Assembly: GCA_003130875.1 (NCBI GenBank) | Contig: QEXY01000143.1 | Span: 18,338-82,337 of the forward strand | Source of the DNA: Ardenticatenia bacterium | GTDB taxonomy: Bacteria > Chloroflexota > Anaerolineae > 4572-78 > NAK82 | Length of the DNA stretch: 64,000 nucleotides | Direction of reading: 5' to 3' | Shown here: positions 1 through 8,467 of the stretch, in pieces | Layout of the letters: every line of letters starts with the position of its first letter | Position numbering within the stretch: position 1 is the first letter of the stretch | Notes under the pieces: generated by a model | What the model was told of the DNA's origin: nothing | The model's database searches: none | The model's input: the letters and a program-made list of their open reading frames with translations, nothing else | Translations under genes and position numbers: made by a program

Positions 1-663
1 ACGCGCGATGCGATGGGCGCCAATGCGGTCAACACGATGTGTGAGGCGCTGGCACCGCGTGTCGAGGAAATTACAGGGGGACGTGTGGTGCTGCGCATCC
101 TGAGCAACCTGGCAGAACGCCGGCTGGTGCGTGTGCAGTGTACTGTGCCTGCCGAGGCGTTGACTTTCACCTCAGACGGGCATTTCTACCCCGGCCAGCA
201 AGTCGTGCGTCGCATTGTGGAGGCGAGTGCCCTGGCTGTGGTTGATCCATACCGTGCTGCCACGCACAACAAGGGTATCATGAACGGCGTGGATGCGGTG
301 GTTATCGCGACGGGGAATGATTGGCGTGCCGTCGAGGCGGGCGCCCATGCCTATGCGGCGCGTACTGGACGTTACACCGCTCTGTCGCACTGGGAGGAGA
401 CACCCGACGGTGACCTGGTCGGGACGCTTGAGATGCCGATGGCCGTGGGTATCGTGGGTGGTACGGCACGTTCACATCCCACCGCGCAAGTCGCGCTCAA
501 GATCCTTGGAGCCAACAACGCCCAAGAGCTGGCGGAGATTATTGCCGCGGTGGGGCTGGCTCAGAACCTGGCGGCATTGCGCGCGCTGGCTACGGAGGGA
601 ATCCAGCGCGGGCATATGCGGCTGCATGCGCGGCAACAGCTGCTCGCCGAGGAAGGGAGATGA
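1..663 (+). CDS. hmgA: HMG-CoA reductase, C-terminal portion (5' end outside window)
   Basis: Frame 1 is open from nt 1 ([16 protein letters not shown]...). HMGR C-terminal motifs are present: [33 protein letters not shown]. The stop overlaps the next start as ATGA at 660-663. Confidence 0.9.
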   Translation, partial: TRDAMGANAVNTMCEALAPRVEEITGGRVVLRILSNLAERRLVRVQCTVPAEALTFTSDGHFYPGQQVVRRIVEASALAVVDPYRAATHNKGIMNGVDAVVIATGNDWRAVEAGAHAYAARTGRYTALSHWEETPDGDLVGTLEMPMAVGIVGGTARSHPTAQVALKILGANNAQELAEIIAAVGLAQNLAALRALATEGIQRGHMRLHARQQLLAEEGR

Positions 664-1703
664 AACCGCTGAGATCGGTAGGGATTGTCGGTTACGGCGC
701 CTATATACCACGTTATCGTCTGCCAGCCGGCGAGATCGCACGCGTCTGGGGAGAGAAAGGTGAGCCACCGGTGCGTGAAAAAGCGGTCCCCGGACTGGAC
801 GAGGACACGCTCACGATTGCGCTGGAGGCGACCCGCAACGCGTTGGCGCGTGCTGGCATTGACCCTCAAGAGATCGGAGCAGTATGGGTGGGCAGCGAAA
901 GCCATCCTTATGCGGTCAAGCCGACTGGCACCATCATAGCGGAAGCGATTGGTGCGACACCTTATACGTTGGCTGCCGACCTGCAGTTCGCCTGCAAAGC
1001 CGGCACCGAGGCGATCCAGGCTGGCATTGGCCTGGTCGCCAGTGGCATGGTCAAGTATGCATTGGCTGTGGGAGCGGACACAGCTCAAGGGCGTCCCGGC
1101 GATGCACTGGAGTACACGGCTGCGGCGGGTGGTGCTGCCTACCTGCTCGGTTCCGCCGAGGAGAGCTTGGCTGTGTTTGAGGAAAGCCTCTCCTATGTGA
1201 CCGACACACCCGATTTCTGGCGACGACCTTATATGCACTATCCCAGCCATGCCCAGCGTTTCACCGGGGAACCGGGCTATTTTCACCATGTACTTTCAGC
1301 TGCACAGGCACTCATGGAGCGTACCGGTCACAAGGCGGAGCATTTTCGTCATCTTGTCCTGCATCAGCCAAACGCTAAATTTCCCGAACGTGCTGCCCGC
1401 AGGTTGGGTTTCCGACCGGAACAGTGGAAAACCGGATTGCTTGCTCTGGAAATAGGCAACACCTATGCAGGCGCTGCACTGTTGGGGTTGGCAGCGGTCC
1501 TGGACGAAGCGCAACCCGACGAGCGGATCCTGGTGGTCTCGTTTGGCTCCGGAGCTGGCAGCGATGCCTTTATCCTGCGCACTACCGAGCAGCTCCCGGC
1601 ACGCCAACGGCTCGCTACAACCACGCGCGCCTACATAGCCCGTCGTGTGGTGATCGACTATGCGCTCTACGCGCGTTATCGTCGCAAATTGCTCACAGAG
1701 TGA
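660..1703 (+). CDS. HMG-CoA synthase, archaeal-type (short, ~347 aa)
   Basis: N-terminus [15 protein letters not shown], followed by [11 protein letters not shown], a catalytic-Cys region ([11 protein letters not shown]), and [11 protein letters not shown]. Length and motifs fit the archaeal/Chloroflexi HMGCS clade. Translationally coupled to the HMGR gene. Confidence 0.88.
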   Translation: MKPLRSVGIVGYGAYIPRYRLPAGEIARVWGEKGEPPVREKAVPGLDEDTLTIALEATRNALARAGIDPQEIGAVWVGSESHPYAVKPTGTIIAEAIGATPYTLAADLQFACKAGTEAIQAGIGLVASGMVKYALAVGADTAQGRPGDALEYTAAAGGAAYLLGSAEESLAVFEESLSYVTDTPDFWRRPYMHYPSHAQRFTGEPGYFHHVLSAAQALMERTGHKAEHFRHLVLHQPNAKFPERAARRLGFRPEQWKTGLLALEIGNTYAGAALLGLAAVLDEAQPDERILVVSFGSGAGSDAFILRTTEQLPARQRLATTTRAYIARRVVIDYALYARYRRKLLTE

Positions 1704-1774
1704 AGATGGGGCAAAGCCGCCGCTGAGATGAGAAGTGTCAAATATCGGAAGATCGACGCTTGGGGATAGGATAG

Positions 1775-2932
1775 ATGCGTGGGGTGAGCATTATCGGTGT
1801 GGGACAGACGCCGGTAGGGGAACATTGGGATCGCAGTTTGCGCCATCTGGCTTATGAGGCTGTATCGGCTGCGATGCAAGATGCTGGTGTCGAAGGCGCG
1901 CATGCGATGTACGTGGGAAACATGCTTTCGGGAGAGATCAGCAATCAATCCCACCTGGGCGCGTTGATCGCGGACTTCTGTGGGCTGCGTGGCATCGAGG
2001 CAGTCAAGATCGAAGCGGCATGTGGATCGGGCGCGGCGGCAGTGCGGATGGGCTATTTGGCCGTTGCCAGCGGCGTTCACGACCTGATCATCTGTGTGGG
2101 CGTTGAGAAGATGACCGACGATGTGGGTGGCAAGCTCACTGCTGCGCTGGCCCAGGCGGCCGATGCGGAGTATGAACTGGCGCATGGCATCACCTTCGTG
2201 GGACTTAACGCGTTGCTGATGCGTCGCTACATGCACGAATATGGGGTACGCCATGAGGATTTTGCTGGTTTCTCCATCAACGCCCATGCCAATGCAGTGG
2301 GCAACCCCTATGCCATGTTTCGCAGACCCATCACGCTGGAGGATTTCAAGCACGCGGATATGATCTGCGACCCGATCAATCTGCTAGACTCGTCCCCTAT
2401 GGCAGATGGCGCTGCTGCGGTGGTGCTTTGTCCTACCGAACAGGCCCATGCCTTCAAGGGGAAGCCAGTGCACATTGTAGGGAGTGCATTGGCGACCGAC
2501 TGCCTCAGCATCCACGACCGTCGTGATCCGCTCTGGCTTCAGGCGGCTGAGGATTCAGCGCGGCGTGCCTATGCTCAGGCCGGCGTAACACCCCAAGACA
2601 TCGATCTGTTCGAGTTGCACGACGCCTTCACCATTATGAGTGCATTGAGTCTGGAGGCGTGTGGCTTTGCCGAGCGAGGCAAGGGCTGGCGGCTGGCGGC
2701 GGAAGGGGAAATCCGGCCGGGCGGTCGCATTCCCATCTGCACTATGGGAGGATTGAAGGCCCGTGGTCATCCGGTGGGGGCTACAGGGGTTTACCAGATC
2801 GTCGAGGCAGTGCTCCAACTTCGGGGCGAGGCCGGAGCATGTCAGATTCCTGACGCCCGTCTGGCGATGGCACAGAATATCGGTGGTAGTGGTGCAACGA
2901 TCATCACCCATATTTTGGAGGCTGAGGAATAG
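1775..2932 (+). CDS. acetyl-CoA acetyltransferase (thiolase, archaeal-type)
   Basis: 385 aa with IEAACGSGAAAV (active-site Cys), ELHDAFT, GGLKARGHPVGATG and NIGGSGAT. Sits between the HMGCS and DUF35 genes. Confidence 0.88.
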   Translation: MRGVSIIGVGQTPVGEHWDRSLRHLAYEAVSAAMQDAGVEGAHAMYVGNMLSGEISNQSHLGALIADFCGLRGIEAVKIEAACGSGAAAVRMGYLAVASGVHDLIICVGVEKMTDDVGGKLTAALAQAADAEYELAHGITFVGLNALLMRRYMHEYGVRHEDFAGFSINAHANAVGNPYAMFRRPITLEDFKHADMICDPINLLDSSPMADGAAAVVLCPTEQAHAFKGKPVHIVGSALATDCLSIHDRRDPLWLQAAEDSARRAYAQAGVTPQDIDLFELHDAFTIMSALSLEACGFAERGKGWRLAAEGEIRPGGRIPICTMGGLKARGHPVGATGVYQIVEAVLQLRGEAGACQIPDARLAMAQNIGGSGATIITHILEAEE

Positions 2933-3032
2933 CGTTGCTTTATTTTCGTCCTTCGAGATCAGCACAGGCACTGAAATTTGATATATTACCCAAAAAGGTA
3001 TATTACTAGAAAATTTGGAGGTATGAGACAAC

Positions 3033-3434
3033 ATGGGAATTCCTGGCACTTGGCGCTTGCGCAATCAGCGATTGGCGTTGATCGGTGAGGTATGCCACAC
3101 GTGTGGCAAGAAGATCTTTCCACCACGTGACGTGTGTCCGGACTGTGCGCGTGAGGCGCAGCATGCTTTCCGCTTCAGCGGACGTGGCGAAATCTATTCC
3201 TTCACCACGGTGTTCAATCCGCCGGCCGGCTTCGAGGAATATGCACCCTACACTGTTGCGCTGGTAAAACTCGAGGAAGGGCCTATCGTGACGGCTCAAT
3301 TGACGGATGTAGAGCCGGATCAAGTGGCCATTGGGCAGCCGGTCGAGATGGTCACGCGCAAATTACAGGATGAAAGTCGCGCAGGTGTCATCAGCTACGG
3401 TTACAAGTTCCGTCCCCGCATGAGTGCTACATAG
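3033..3434 (+). CDS. DUF35 Zn-ribbon/OB-fold protein (thiolase-HMGCS scaffold type)
   Basis: 133 aa with a CHTCGKKIFPPRDVCPDC zinc ribbon followed by an OB-fold-like segment (GEIYSFTTV...YTVALVKLEEGP). Conserved position after the thiolase. Confidence 0.85.
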   Translation: MGIPGTWRLRNQRLALIGEVCHTCGKKIFPPRDVCPDCAREAQHAFRFSGRGEIYSFTTVFNPPAGFEEYAPYTVALVKLEEGPIVTAQLTDVEPDQVAIGQPVEMVTRKLQDESRAGVISYGYKFRPRMSAT

Positions 3435-3716
3435 TTGCCGTTAGTACAGCGTCCAGCGGCATGCACTGGCTGATCGGAAAGCGGCCAGTGCATGCCATCG
3501 GCGCAAATGGGATGAACCTTCAAGGGCAAGGCATCCCACTGACACATCTGCGATGCTTTTGCTCGGCCTGATCAGGGTATGCACTTCTCACGGAATGCAT
3601 CGGACATACCGAGTCACTTAAAACTTCTATGCCGAAAAGCGGGGAGCATCCCATTGATGTCATTGGAAGTGGTTGTAAAGTGGCAGTACTGGGGGCACCG
3701 CTCAGGGATTAGAAGG

Positions 3717-3813
3717 ACCACAAAATCTTGTGGTACAAAGTGACGAGAAGCGCAACAAATTGTATGTCAACGCCCCGGGTGGGACTCGAACCCACAGCAC
3801 ACGGCTTAGAAGG
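3717..3813. repeat. attL-type direct repeat (contains a duplicated 3' fragment of tRNA-Arg at 3771-3813)
   Basis: Identical by eye to 8468-8564 (offset 4751 bp). Identity stops exactly at the position corresponding to tRNA nt 32, the first nt of the anticodon loop. Confidence 0.9.
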
Positions 3814-3939
3814 TTGCCCAAGCCCCCCGTTTGAGCGCCACCCACACTATATGTTGTGCTTTAATCGCCCCATACCACAAGATATTGTGTGGTGCACCCC
3901 TCCATTGCCCCGCTCGAGCGCTAAAGGAATGTGGGCAAA

Positions 3940-3960
3940 TTGCTGTCAAATTGCTGTCAG
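3940..3960 (+). repeat. TTGCTGTCAAATTGCTGTCAG motif, candidate integrase arm-type site (P' side)
   Basis: A 21-nt motif made of two tandem TTGCTGTCA units. An identical copy is at 8428-8448. Both copies are inside the element, one near each att repeat. Confidence 0.45.
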
Positions 3961-4210
3961 CCACAAAACAGAAAACCGCCAGAAGGTGACTTGCACCCTT
4001 GGCGGCACGTATTACACTATCTCCACCGCCTGGTGCTGTGTCCACCAGCGGCCGCCCTGGACTGTGTAAGCAGTGCCAGGGCAAACCTGTTTTCAGCCTA
4101 ACACCGCAACATTAAAACAGCATTAAAGCCCTGTAATTGCCAAAAAGCGGATGTTTCGCCATCCAAAACGTTTTGGATTGGCTTTTTTGCCCTCACAGGT
4201 AGGAGGGGCT

Positions 4211-4486
4211 CTACGTTATCTCCGTGATAAGTGTCATCCGTTCTTCGGCAGTTAAGGTTTGGGACAATGTCGCCCCTGCCAGCAGGTAGCGGCTGAGCCA
4301 GGCTCGGGCTATCGGGTCGCCCCGTCTAGCGGTCTCGACCGCCCGTTGGCAAATCTCCGCCCACACCTCAGGGGGACAAGCGTCAGACAGCGCACGCAGG
4401 TAGTCACTTTCAACCGCCCGCCGAGGTCGGCCAGGCCCACCCTGAGTCCCTGGTACAAAACGCCCATTTTCATCACGCAGATACAT
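4211..4486 (-). CDS. hypothetical small protein (element cargo)
   Basis: 91-aa ORF. The N-terminal motif ENGRFVPGTQGGPGRPRR resembles short phage/plasmid-borne proteins. No function assigned. Confidence 0.5.
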   Translation of the reverse strand: MYLRDENGRFVPGTQGGPGRPRRAVESDYLRALSDACPPEVWAEICQRAVETARRGDPIARAWLSRYLLAGATLSQTLTAEERMTLITEIT

Positions 4487-4574
4487 GTCACACCTCCCAA
4501 TCCGATTGTTTACGGTTAAAACCGTGCTCCCTTTTTGTCGCTTTTTCCGTAATTGTTCAAGTCAAATGTGTTCA

Positions 4575-4802
4575 CTAACGGTCCACCATCTGAAAATTCG
4601 ACTTTAGCGCTGGAGGGCGCTCCCGTTGGTCAGGTGGTCGTGACAGTTCAAGCCACTGCCGCAACAGCTTTGCCGCCGCCCTCAGCTCGGTCAGTGTTTC
4701 GGGCTCGTTTGGTGAGTCTGCACAATACTCAAGCGCCAGCACTGCCAAGGCCAGCGCCTGCTTCCTCGTCATCCGTACTGATTTGTGCCGCAATTTCACC
4801 AA
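4575..4802 (-). CDS. hypothetical small protein (uncertain)
   Basis: 75-aa ORF. It overlaps the 3' end of the upstream nuclease-like ORF by 44-74 nt depending on the start used. No recognisable motif. Confidence 0.3.
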   Translation of the reverse strand: MVKLRHKSVRMTRKQALALAVLALEYCADSPNEPETLTELRAAAKLLRQWLELSRPPDQRERPPALKSNFQMVDR

Positions 4803-5109
4803 ACCAGTCTTCGAAATCGGCCAGCCGCATCAGCACGATATCATCGCTATGTCGTTCCCCGTGCTGGTGCAACACGACAACACCCAGGCGTGTATCGCCG
4901 GCCGCCGCCCTGGCTTGCCCAAGCGCCGCCGACAGCCAAGCCGGCAGTTTTCGCTTTGATTTTACTTCAATTGCCAGCCAGAGCGTCAACACATCCGCCG
5001 TGGCCCTGCCTGTGTTGCCGACCCGCTGGCCGCCAAGGCGCTTAGCAACGGCTCGTTCTGTTCGTTTCCAAGCTTCGTTTGGCACGGTTCTTGCTCCCCC
5101 TCCATACAT
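4729..5109 (-). CDS. PD-(D/E)XK nuclease-like protein (Holliday-junction-resolvase-like)
   Basis: ERAVAKRLGGQRVGNTGRATADV...LAIEVKSKRK gives a D...E-x-K arrangement typical of restriction-endonuclease-fold nucleases. The start was chosen at the internal Met (5109); the longest ORF runs to 5229. Confidence 0.5.
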   Translation of the reverse strand: MYGGGARTVPNEAWKRTERAVAKRLGGQRVGNTGRATADVLTLWLAIEVKSKRKLPAWLSAALGQARAAAGDTRLGVVVLHQHGERHSDDIVLMRLADFEDWFGEIAAQISTDDEEAGAGLGSAGA

Positions 5110-5357
5110 AGCCCTCTGTGCCCAAGGCGTTTCGTGAAGGATGATGAAGGCAAAAAGCCACTTTTCGAAAAGTCCGCCATGGATCGCCCTCCATGGGGAA
5201 TTTTTCCAAAAAAGGCGGTTTGCCTTCACTATCCTACACTGATGCCTTCGAAATACACGCCACTACTCCTTCGCACCCGACTAACACCGTGTGCTTGCAT
5301 CAACTGGCTAAAAGCCCGCATCGTCCGCACTTCTTGCCTGCAGCCTTCCAAGGACGA

Positions 5358-6341
5358 TCAGGTGTCACGTCCGTTGTCCGCCGTTAAAGTTTCTTTAGTC
5401 ATCATCAGTCGATATAGCGTCCGTCCAAAGGGGCGGTCTTCGCCATTCACCACCGCCTGACGAGCCAGGTCACGAATTTGACCCTCGGGATACCGTTGTA
5501 TCACCTTTTTGACTAGGGCATTATTGCCGCCCAAAACCTCCAGCAGTTCGGGCGTTCCAAGGTCTTTAATGTCATCCCACTGTAAACATACCCCATCAGG
5601 CTCTTTTGGGGAAGGGTCGTGCGGCGGCGTCGGCGCTTGCGTTGTCTCCCTATCTTGTCTTCTATATTGTCTTTTATTCTTTTCATGGGTCACTGTGACC
5701 CATGAAAGGGTAGGTCTTTCTGAGCTACCGGTAGGTCTTTCTGAGCTACCGGTAGGTCTTTCTGAGCTACCACCCACCTCTTTCATAGCTCTTTCTGAGC
5801 TATGAGTCGCCTGGTCAAATTGCGCTCCTATTTGCCGCTTTTGGTGATATAGGTCAGTTATGCCCATAATGTTGGTCGGATTAAAACCATGGGCAACCCA
5901 TTCCCGGATGGTCGCTTCCCAAACACTTAAATCAAAATTGTCTTCACTGGCCACATTGCGGATGAATTCCCTGGTGGCGGGTGACACCTTGCGCCCAACT
6001 AGCGCACGATATATCTGCGCCGCCTTAGTTTCTGCCGCACTATCCCTTTGCCCTGCCAACACGTAGGTATGCGGGACGTTCCGCAAGCCCGGCGTGGAAT
6101 CGACAATCAGCCCCGCCTTTTTAAGGCGTCGCAAGGCCCTTTTTACCGTGGCAACCGAAAGCCCCAAGTTTTGGGCAATTCTGCCCTGGCTGGCATAGCA
6201 ACGCCGACCGCTCATCTGCGTGTAGCGATAAACCTCACCGAATACTGTCGCCTCGATCAGCGTGAAACCCTGTTTGATTAGAGCGTGCGATACTGGCGTG
6301 AAGGGTGTCATCAGGTCGTCATCGCTCACGTCCATCGTCAC
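5358..6341 (-). CDS. winged-HTH replication-initiator-like protein with internal heptapeptide repeats
   Basis: 327 aa. The N-terminal wHTH is ASQGRIAQNLGLSVATVKRALRRLKKAGLI. GSSERPT x3 is encoded by 3x21-bp repeats. The start overlaps the upstream gene stop by 4 nt. Confidence 0.65.
   Translation of the reverse strand: MTMDVSDDDLMTPFTPVSHALIKQGFTLIEATVFGEVYRYTQMSGRRCYASQGRIAQNLGLSVATVKRALRRLKKAGLIVDSTPGLRNVPHTYVLAGQRDSAAETKAAQIYRALVGRKVSPATREFIRNVASEDNFDLSVWEATIREWVAHGFNPTNIMGITDLYHQKRQIGAQFDQATHSSERAMKEVGGSSERPTGSSERPTGSSERPTLSWVTVTHEKNKRQYRRQDRETTQAPTPPHDPSPKEPDGVCLQWDDIKDLGTPELLEVLGGNNALVKKVIQRYPEGQIRDLARQAVVNGEDRPFGRTLYRLMMTKETLTADNGRDT
5709..5771. repeat. 3 x 21-bp perfect tandem repeat (GGTAGGTCTTTCTGAGCTACC), iteron-like, plus a degenerate 4th unit near 5789-5802
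   Basis: Read directly from the sequence. The repeats are in frame inside the Rep-like gene, and 21 bp equals two helical turns. Confidence 0.8.
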
Positions 6342-6826
6342 ACCTCGAATGGAAGCACTAGTTGTTTTGCCTCAGCGGTCGGCTGCGTGTCACCAAGACG
6401 CACCACGGTTTTGGCGAATGGCCACTCCCGCCACTGGCAGGGCGTGAGCCAGGTCAGCGGGACGTAGCGCTCCCCGTCAGCCCCCAGCCGACCACGGTCG
6501 AAGGTGTCAAGGCTGCACACCCCCATCCGCCTGTAGCGGTCATCCCTGAGACAGAAGCGCCGCACACCAAGCCGACGGGCGTAGTCCAGCACCACCTGCG
6601 GCAGGCTGACGACCCTCTGCGTGCCCCGCTGGTTGCGCCAAACCACGGCTAGGACAAGCTCGCCGTCCAGAGGCACAACCTTGGCAATTGTGCACCAGCG
6701 GGCTCGTTTGTGGACTTGCAGGGCTAATAGCTCGGGTGTATGATACGGTCGAGCACTAGCGCCTGTCGTGCTCGTATTTTCCTCGCCTGCCCGTCCCATC
6801 TGCGCCACAGGGGCGGGCCATTTCAT
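6338..6826 (-). CDS. hypothetical protein (element cargo)
   Basis: The start at MKWPAPV forms an ATGA overlap with the RHH gene stop (6823-6826), and the stop overlaps the Rep-like start. The longer 232-aa ORF in the track overlaps the RHH gene and is unlikely. Confidence 0.5.
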   Translation of the reverse strand: MKWPAPVAQMGRAGEENTSTTGASARPYHTPELLALQVHKRARWCTIAKVVPLDGELVLAVVWRNQRGTQRVVSLPQVVLDYARRLGVRRFCLRDDRYRRMGVCSLDTFDRGRLGADGERYVPLTWLTPCQWREWPFAKTVVRLGDTQPTAEAKQLVLPFEV

Positions 6827-7026
6827 TGTTCGCCATCGCATGGCTGCACCTCCATTTGACGCTGTACTGCGCCCAAGCCCGAGCTGACCAGAGCACGCAA
6901 GACACGGCTTAGCCGCCTTTCGTTTCTCTGGCGAGCGAGCTCGACGATGGCCTGGTAAGTCGGGATATCGATCTTTACAGAGACCGTTACGACTGGTTTG
7001 CTCATCGGATTCGTTTGCTGCTCCAT
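6823..7026 (-). CDS. ribbon-helix-helix (CopG/Arc-like) DNA-binding protein
   Basis: 67 aa. KPVVTVSVKIDIPTYQAIVELARQRNERRLSRVLRALV matches the beta-strand plus two-helix RHH pattern. A strong RBS (GGAGGTGA) lies upstream of the ATG. Confidence 0.65.
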   Translation of the reverse strand: MEQQTNPMSKPVVTVSVKIDIPTYQAIVELARQRNERRLSRVLRALVSSGLGAVQRQMEVQPCDGEQ

Positions 7027-7085
7027 GGCGTGTCACCTCCTAAATGTTCGAATCAAAAAGGCCCGGCCTTTTCCAGCCGGGCCCC

Positions 7086-7114
7086 TTGACAAGGTGTCAA
7101 ACATTTGATATAAT
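7086..7114 (+). promoter_or_regulatory. consensus sigma70-type promoter (TTGACA-17-TATAAT) with palindrome TTGACAaggTGTCAA over the -35
   Basis: TTGACA at 7086-7091, a 17-nt spacer, TATAAT at 7109-7114. It points away from the RHH operon and into the integrase 3' end (antisense). Confidence 0.5.
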
Positions 7115-7299
7115 GGCAATAGCCCAGCTGGAAAAGGGGCTGCCACTGTATTGTGGGTGCGCCATGGCTGGCAACCGTCGCACCCACACTTTTTACTTGG
7201 CGAGTTTACCACCATTTGCCGTTTGTGCAAACACTAAAGGCTCATTTTTCCTTAGTGATTTCCTTCACAATCCCGTTGTGTTGTTGCCCTGCGCTCGTC

Positions 7300-8415
7300 C
7301 TAACGCCCCACCTGTAGCGCCTCAGCGATCGCCGTGGCAGCCGCATCTTTCCCTGCGACCCTGTCCACGTAGTGCGCATAGACCCCTAACGTGATATTGG
7401 CGTTTGCGTGGCCCAGCTGTCGGCTCACATCCGTGATGGGCAGCCCTGCGCTGATGAGCAAACTGGCGTGGAGATGGCGGAGGCTGTGCGGTGTCACGAC
7501 CGTCACCCCGATGTGCTGGCACAGGCGCTTTAGGGTGCGTCCTACCACACTAGGGTTTAGAGGGTCACCTTGGTGATTGGCGAACATCAGCTCATCAGGT
7601 CGCCAGCCTGCACCCAATTGCTCGACCTGCCGCACCCTGTGCTGTCGCAGGATAGCCACCACCTCATCGGGCAACGTGATAGTGCGCACACCGCTGGGCG
7701 TCTTAGGGGCGGAGAAGACCCATTCGCTGCCGACCCGCTGGACATTGCGGCTTACCCGTAGCTGTCGGGTTACAACGTCCAGGTCGCCCCACCGCAGCGC
7801 CAACGCCTCGCCCAGGCGCAGCCCAGAGGCAATCAAGAGTAAATATAGCGGATAAAGCGGGTGGCTTTTCGCTCCGTCCAAGAAGCGGCGCAACTCGTCT
7901 TGCGTCCACAGTGCTCGCTGAGCATATGTATGCTTTGGCTTCACCATACGGTCGCAGGGGTTAGTGGGCAGCCACCCCCACAAGACAGCCAATACGCAGG
8001 CACGATGTAGCACCCGATAGACCTTCTGCGCCGTTCGGGTCTTGCCCGCTTTTTGCAACGGCAGGATGAGCCGCTGTATCACGACAGGGGTGAGGTGCGA
8101 TAACCGCAGGTGACCCACCGCTGGCAGGATGTGCACCCTGCACAGTTGGCGGTAGGTTTCTAAAGTGCGGGGTTTCAGGCTGGGCGTCGCCATCTCCAGC
8201 CAGGCGTTCAGCAGGTCGGCCACTGTGCGCTTGCCAGGGTCGGACAGCATACCCCCTAGGTGTGCCTGCTCCTGCAACTGCCTGAGCTTGCTGGCCACTT
8301 CCGAGCGTGTTCGCCCGTAGACAGTGCGACGCTTACCGTCCACCATCAGGCTGGCACACCAACGGTTATCACTACTGCGCCGATAAATTGACCCCTCGCC
8401 ATTGCTGCGCTTCAT
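7300..8415 (-). CDS. int: tyrosine recombinase / phage-type integrase
   Basis: 371 aa with an N-terminal SAM-like domain. The catalytic boxes are GLRLGEALALRWGD (Arg), HSLRH (His-x-x-Arg), LGH and YAHY (Tyr). Adjacent to the tRNA and attR. Confidence 0.92.
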   Translation of the reverse strand: MKRSNGEGSIYRRSSDNRWCASLMVDGKRRTVYGRTRSEVASKLRQLQEQAHLGGMLSDPGKRTVADLLNAWLEMATPSLKPRTLETYRQLCRVHILPAVGHLRLSHLTPVVIQRLILPLQKAGKTRTAQKVYRVLHRACVLAVLWGWLPTNPCDRMVKPKHTYAQRALWTQDELRRFLDGAKSHPLYPLYLLLIASGLRLGEALALRWGDLDVVTRQLRVSRNVQRVGSEWVFSAPKTPSGVRTITLPDEVVAILRQHRVRQVEQLGAGWRPDELMFANHQGDPLNPSVVGRTLKRLCQHIGVTVVTPHSLRHLHASLLISAGLPITDVSRQLGHANANITLGVYAHYVDRVAGKDAAATAIAEALQVGR

Positions 8416-8427
8416 ACCTCCCTCCCG

Positions 8428-8448
8428 TTGCTGTCAAATTGCTGTCAG
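8428..8448 (+). repeat. second copy of the TTGCTGTCAAATTGCTGTCAG motif (P side, in the integrase 5' region)
   Basis: Identical to 3940-3960. It lies 13 nt beyond the int start codon and 20 nt from attR. Confidence 0.45.
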
Positions 8449-8467
8449 GGCAGGGAGGGGGGCGGAT

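Noticed and set aside
3771-3813. tRNA-like T-arm and acceptor sequence near attL
   Set aside because: It is only the duplicated 3' portion (nt 32-74) of tRNA-Arg carried by the att repeat. No 5' half is present, so it is not a gene.
3728-4069. 113-aa plus-strand ORF (and its twin at 8428-8676)
   Set aside because: Both read through the att repeat and tRNA-complement sequence. The shared peptide (WYKVTRSATNCMSTPRVGLEPTAHGLEG) is simply the translated repeat.
7033-7230. 65-aa minus-strand ORF, and the 116-aa plus-strand ORF at 7044-7394, in the int-RHH intergenic region
   Set aside because: Neither has an RBS or a recognisable fold, for example nothing excisionase-like. The region is better explained by promoters, an operator and hairpins.
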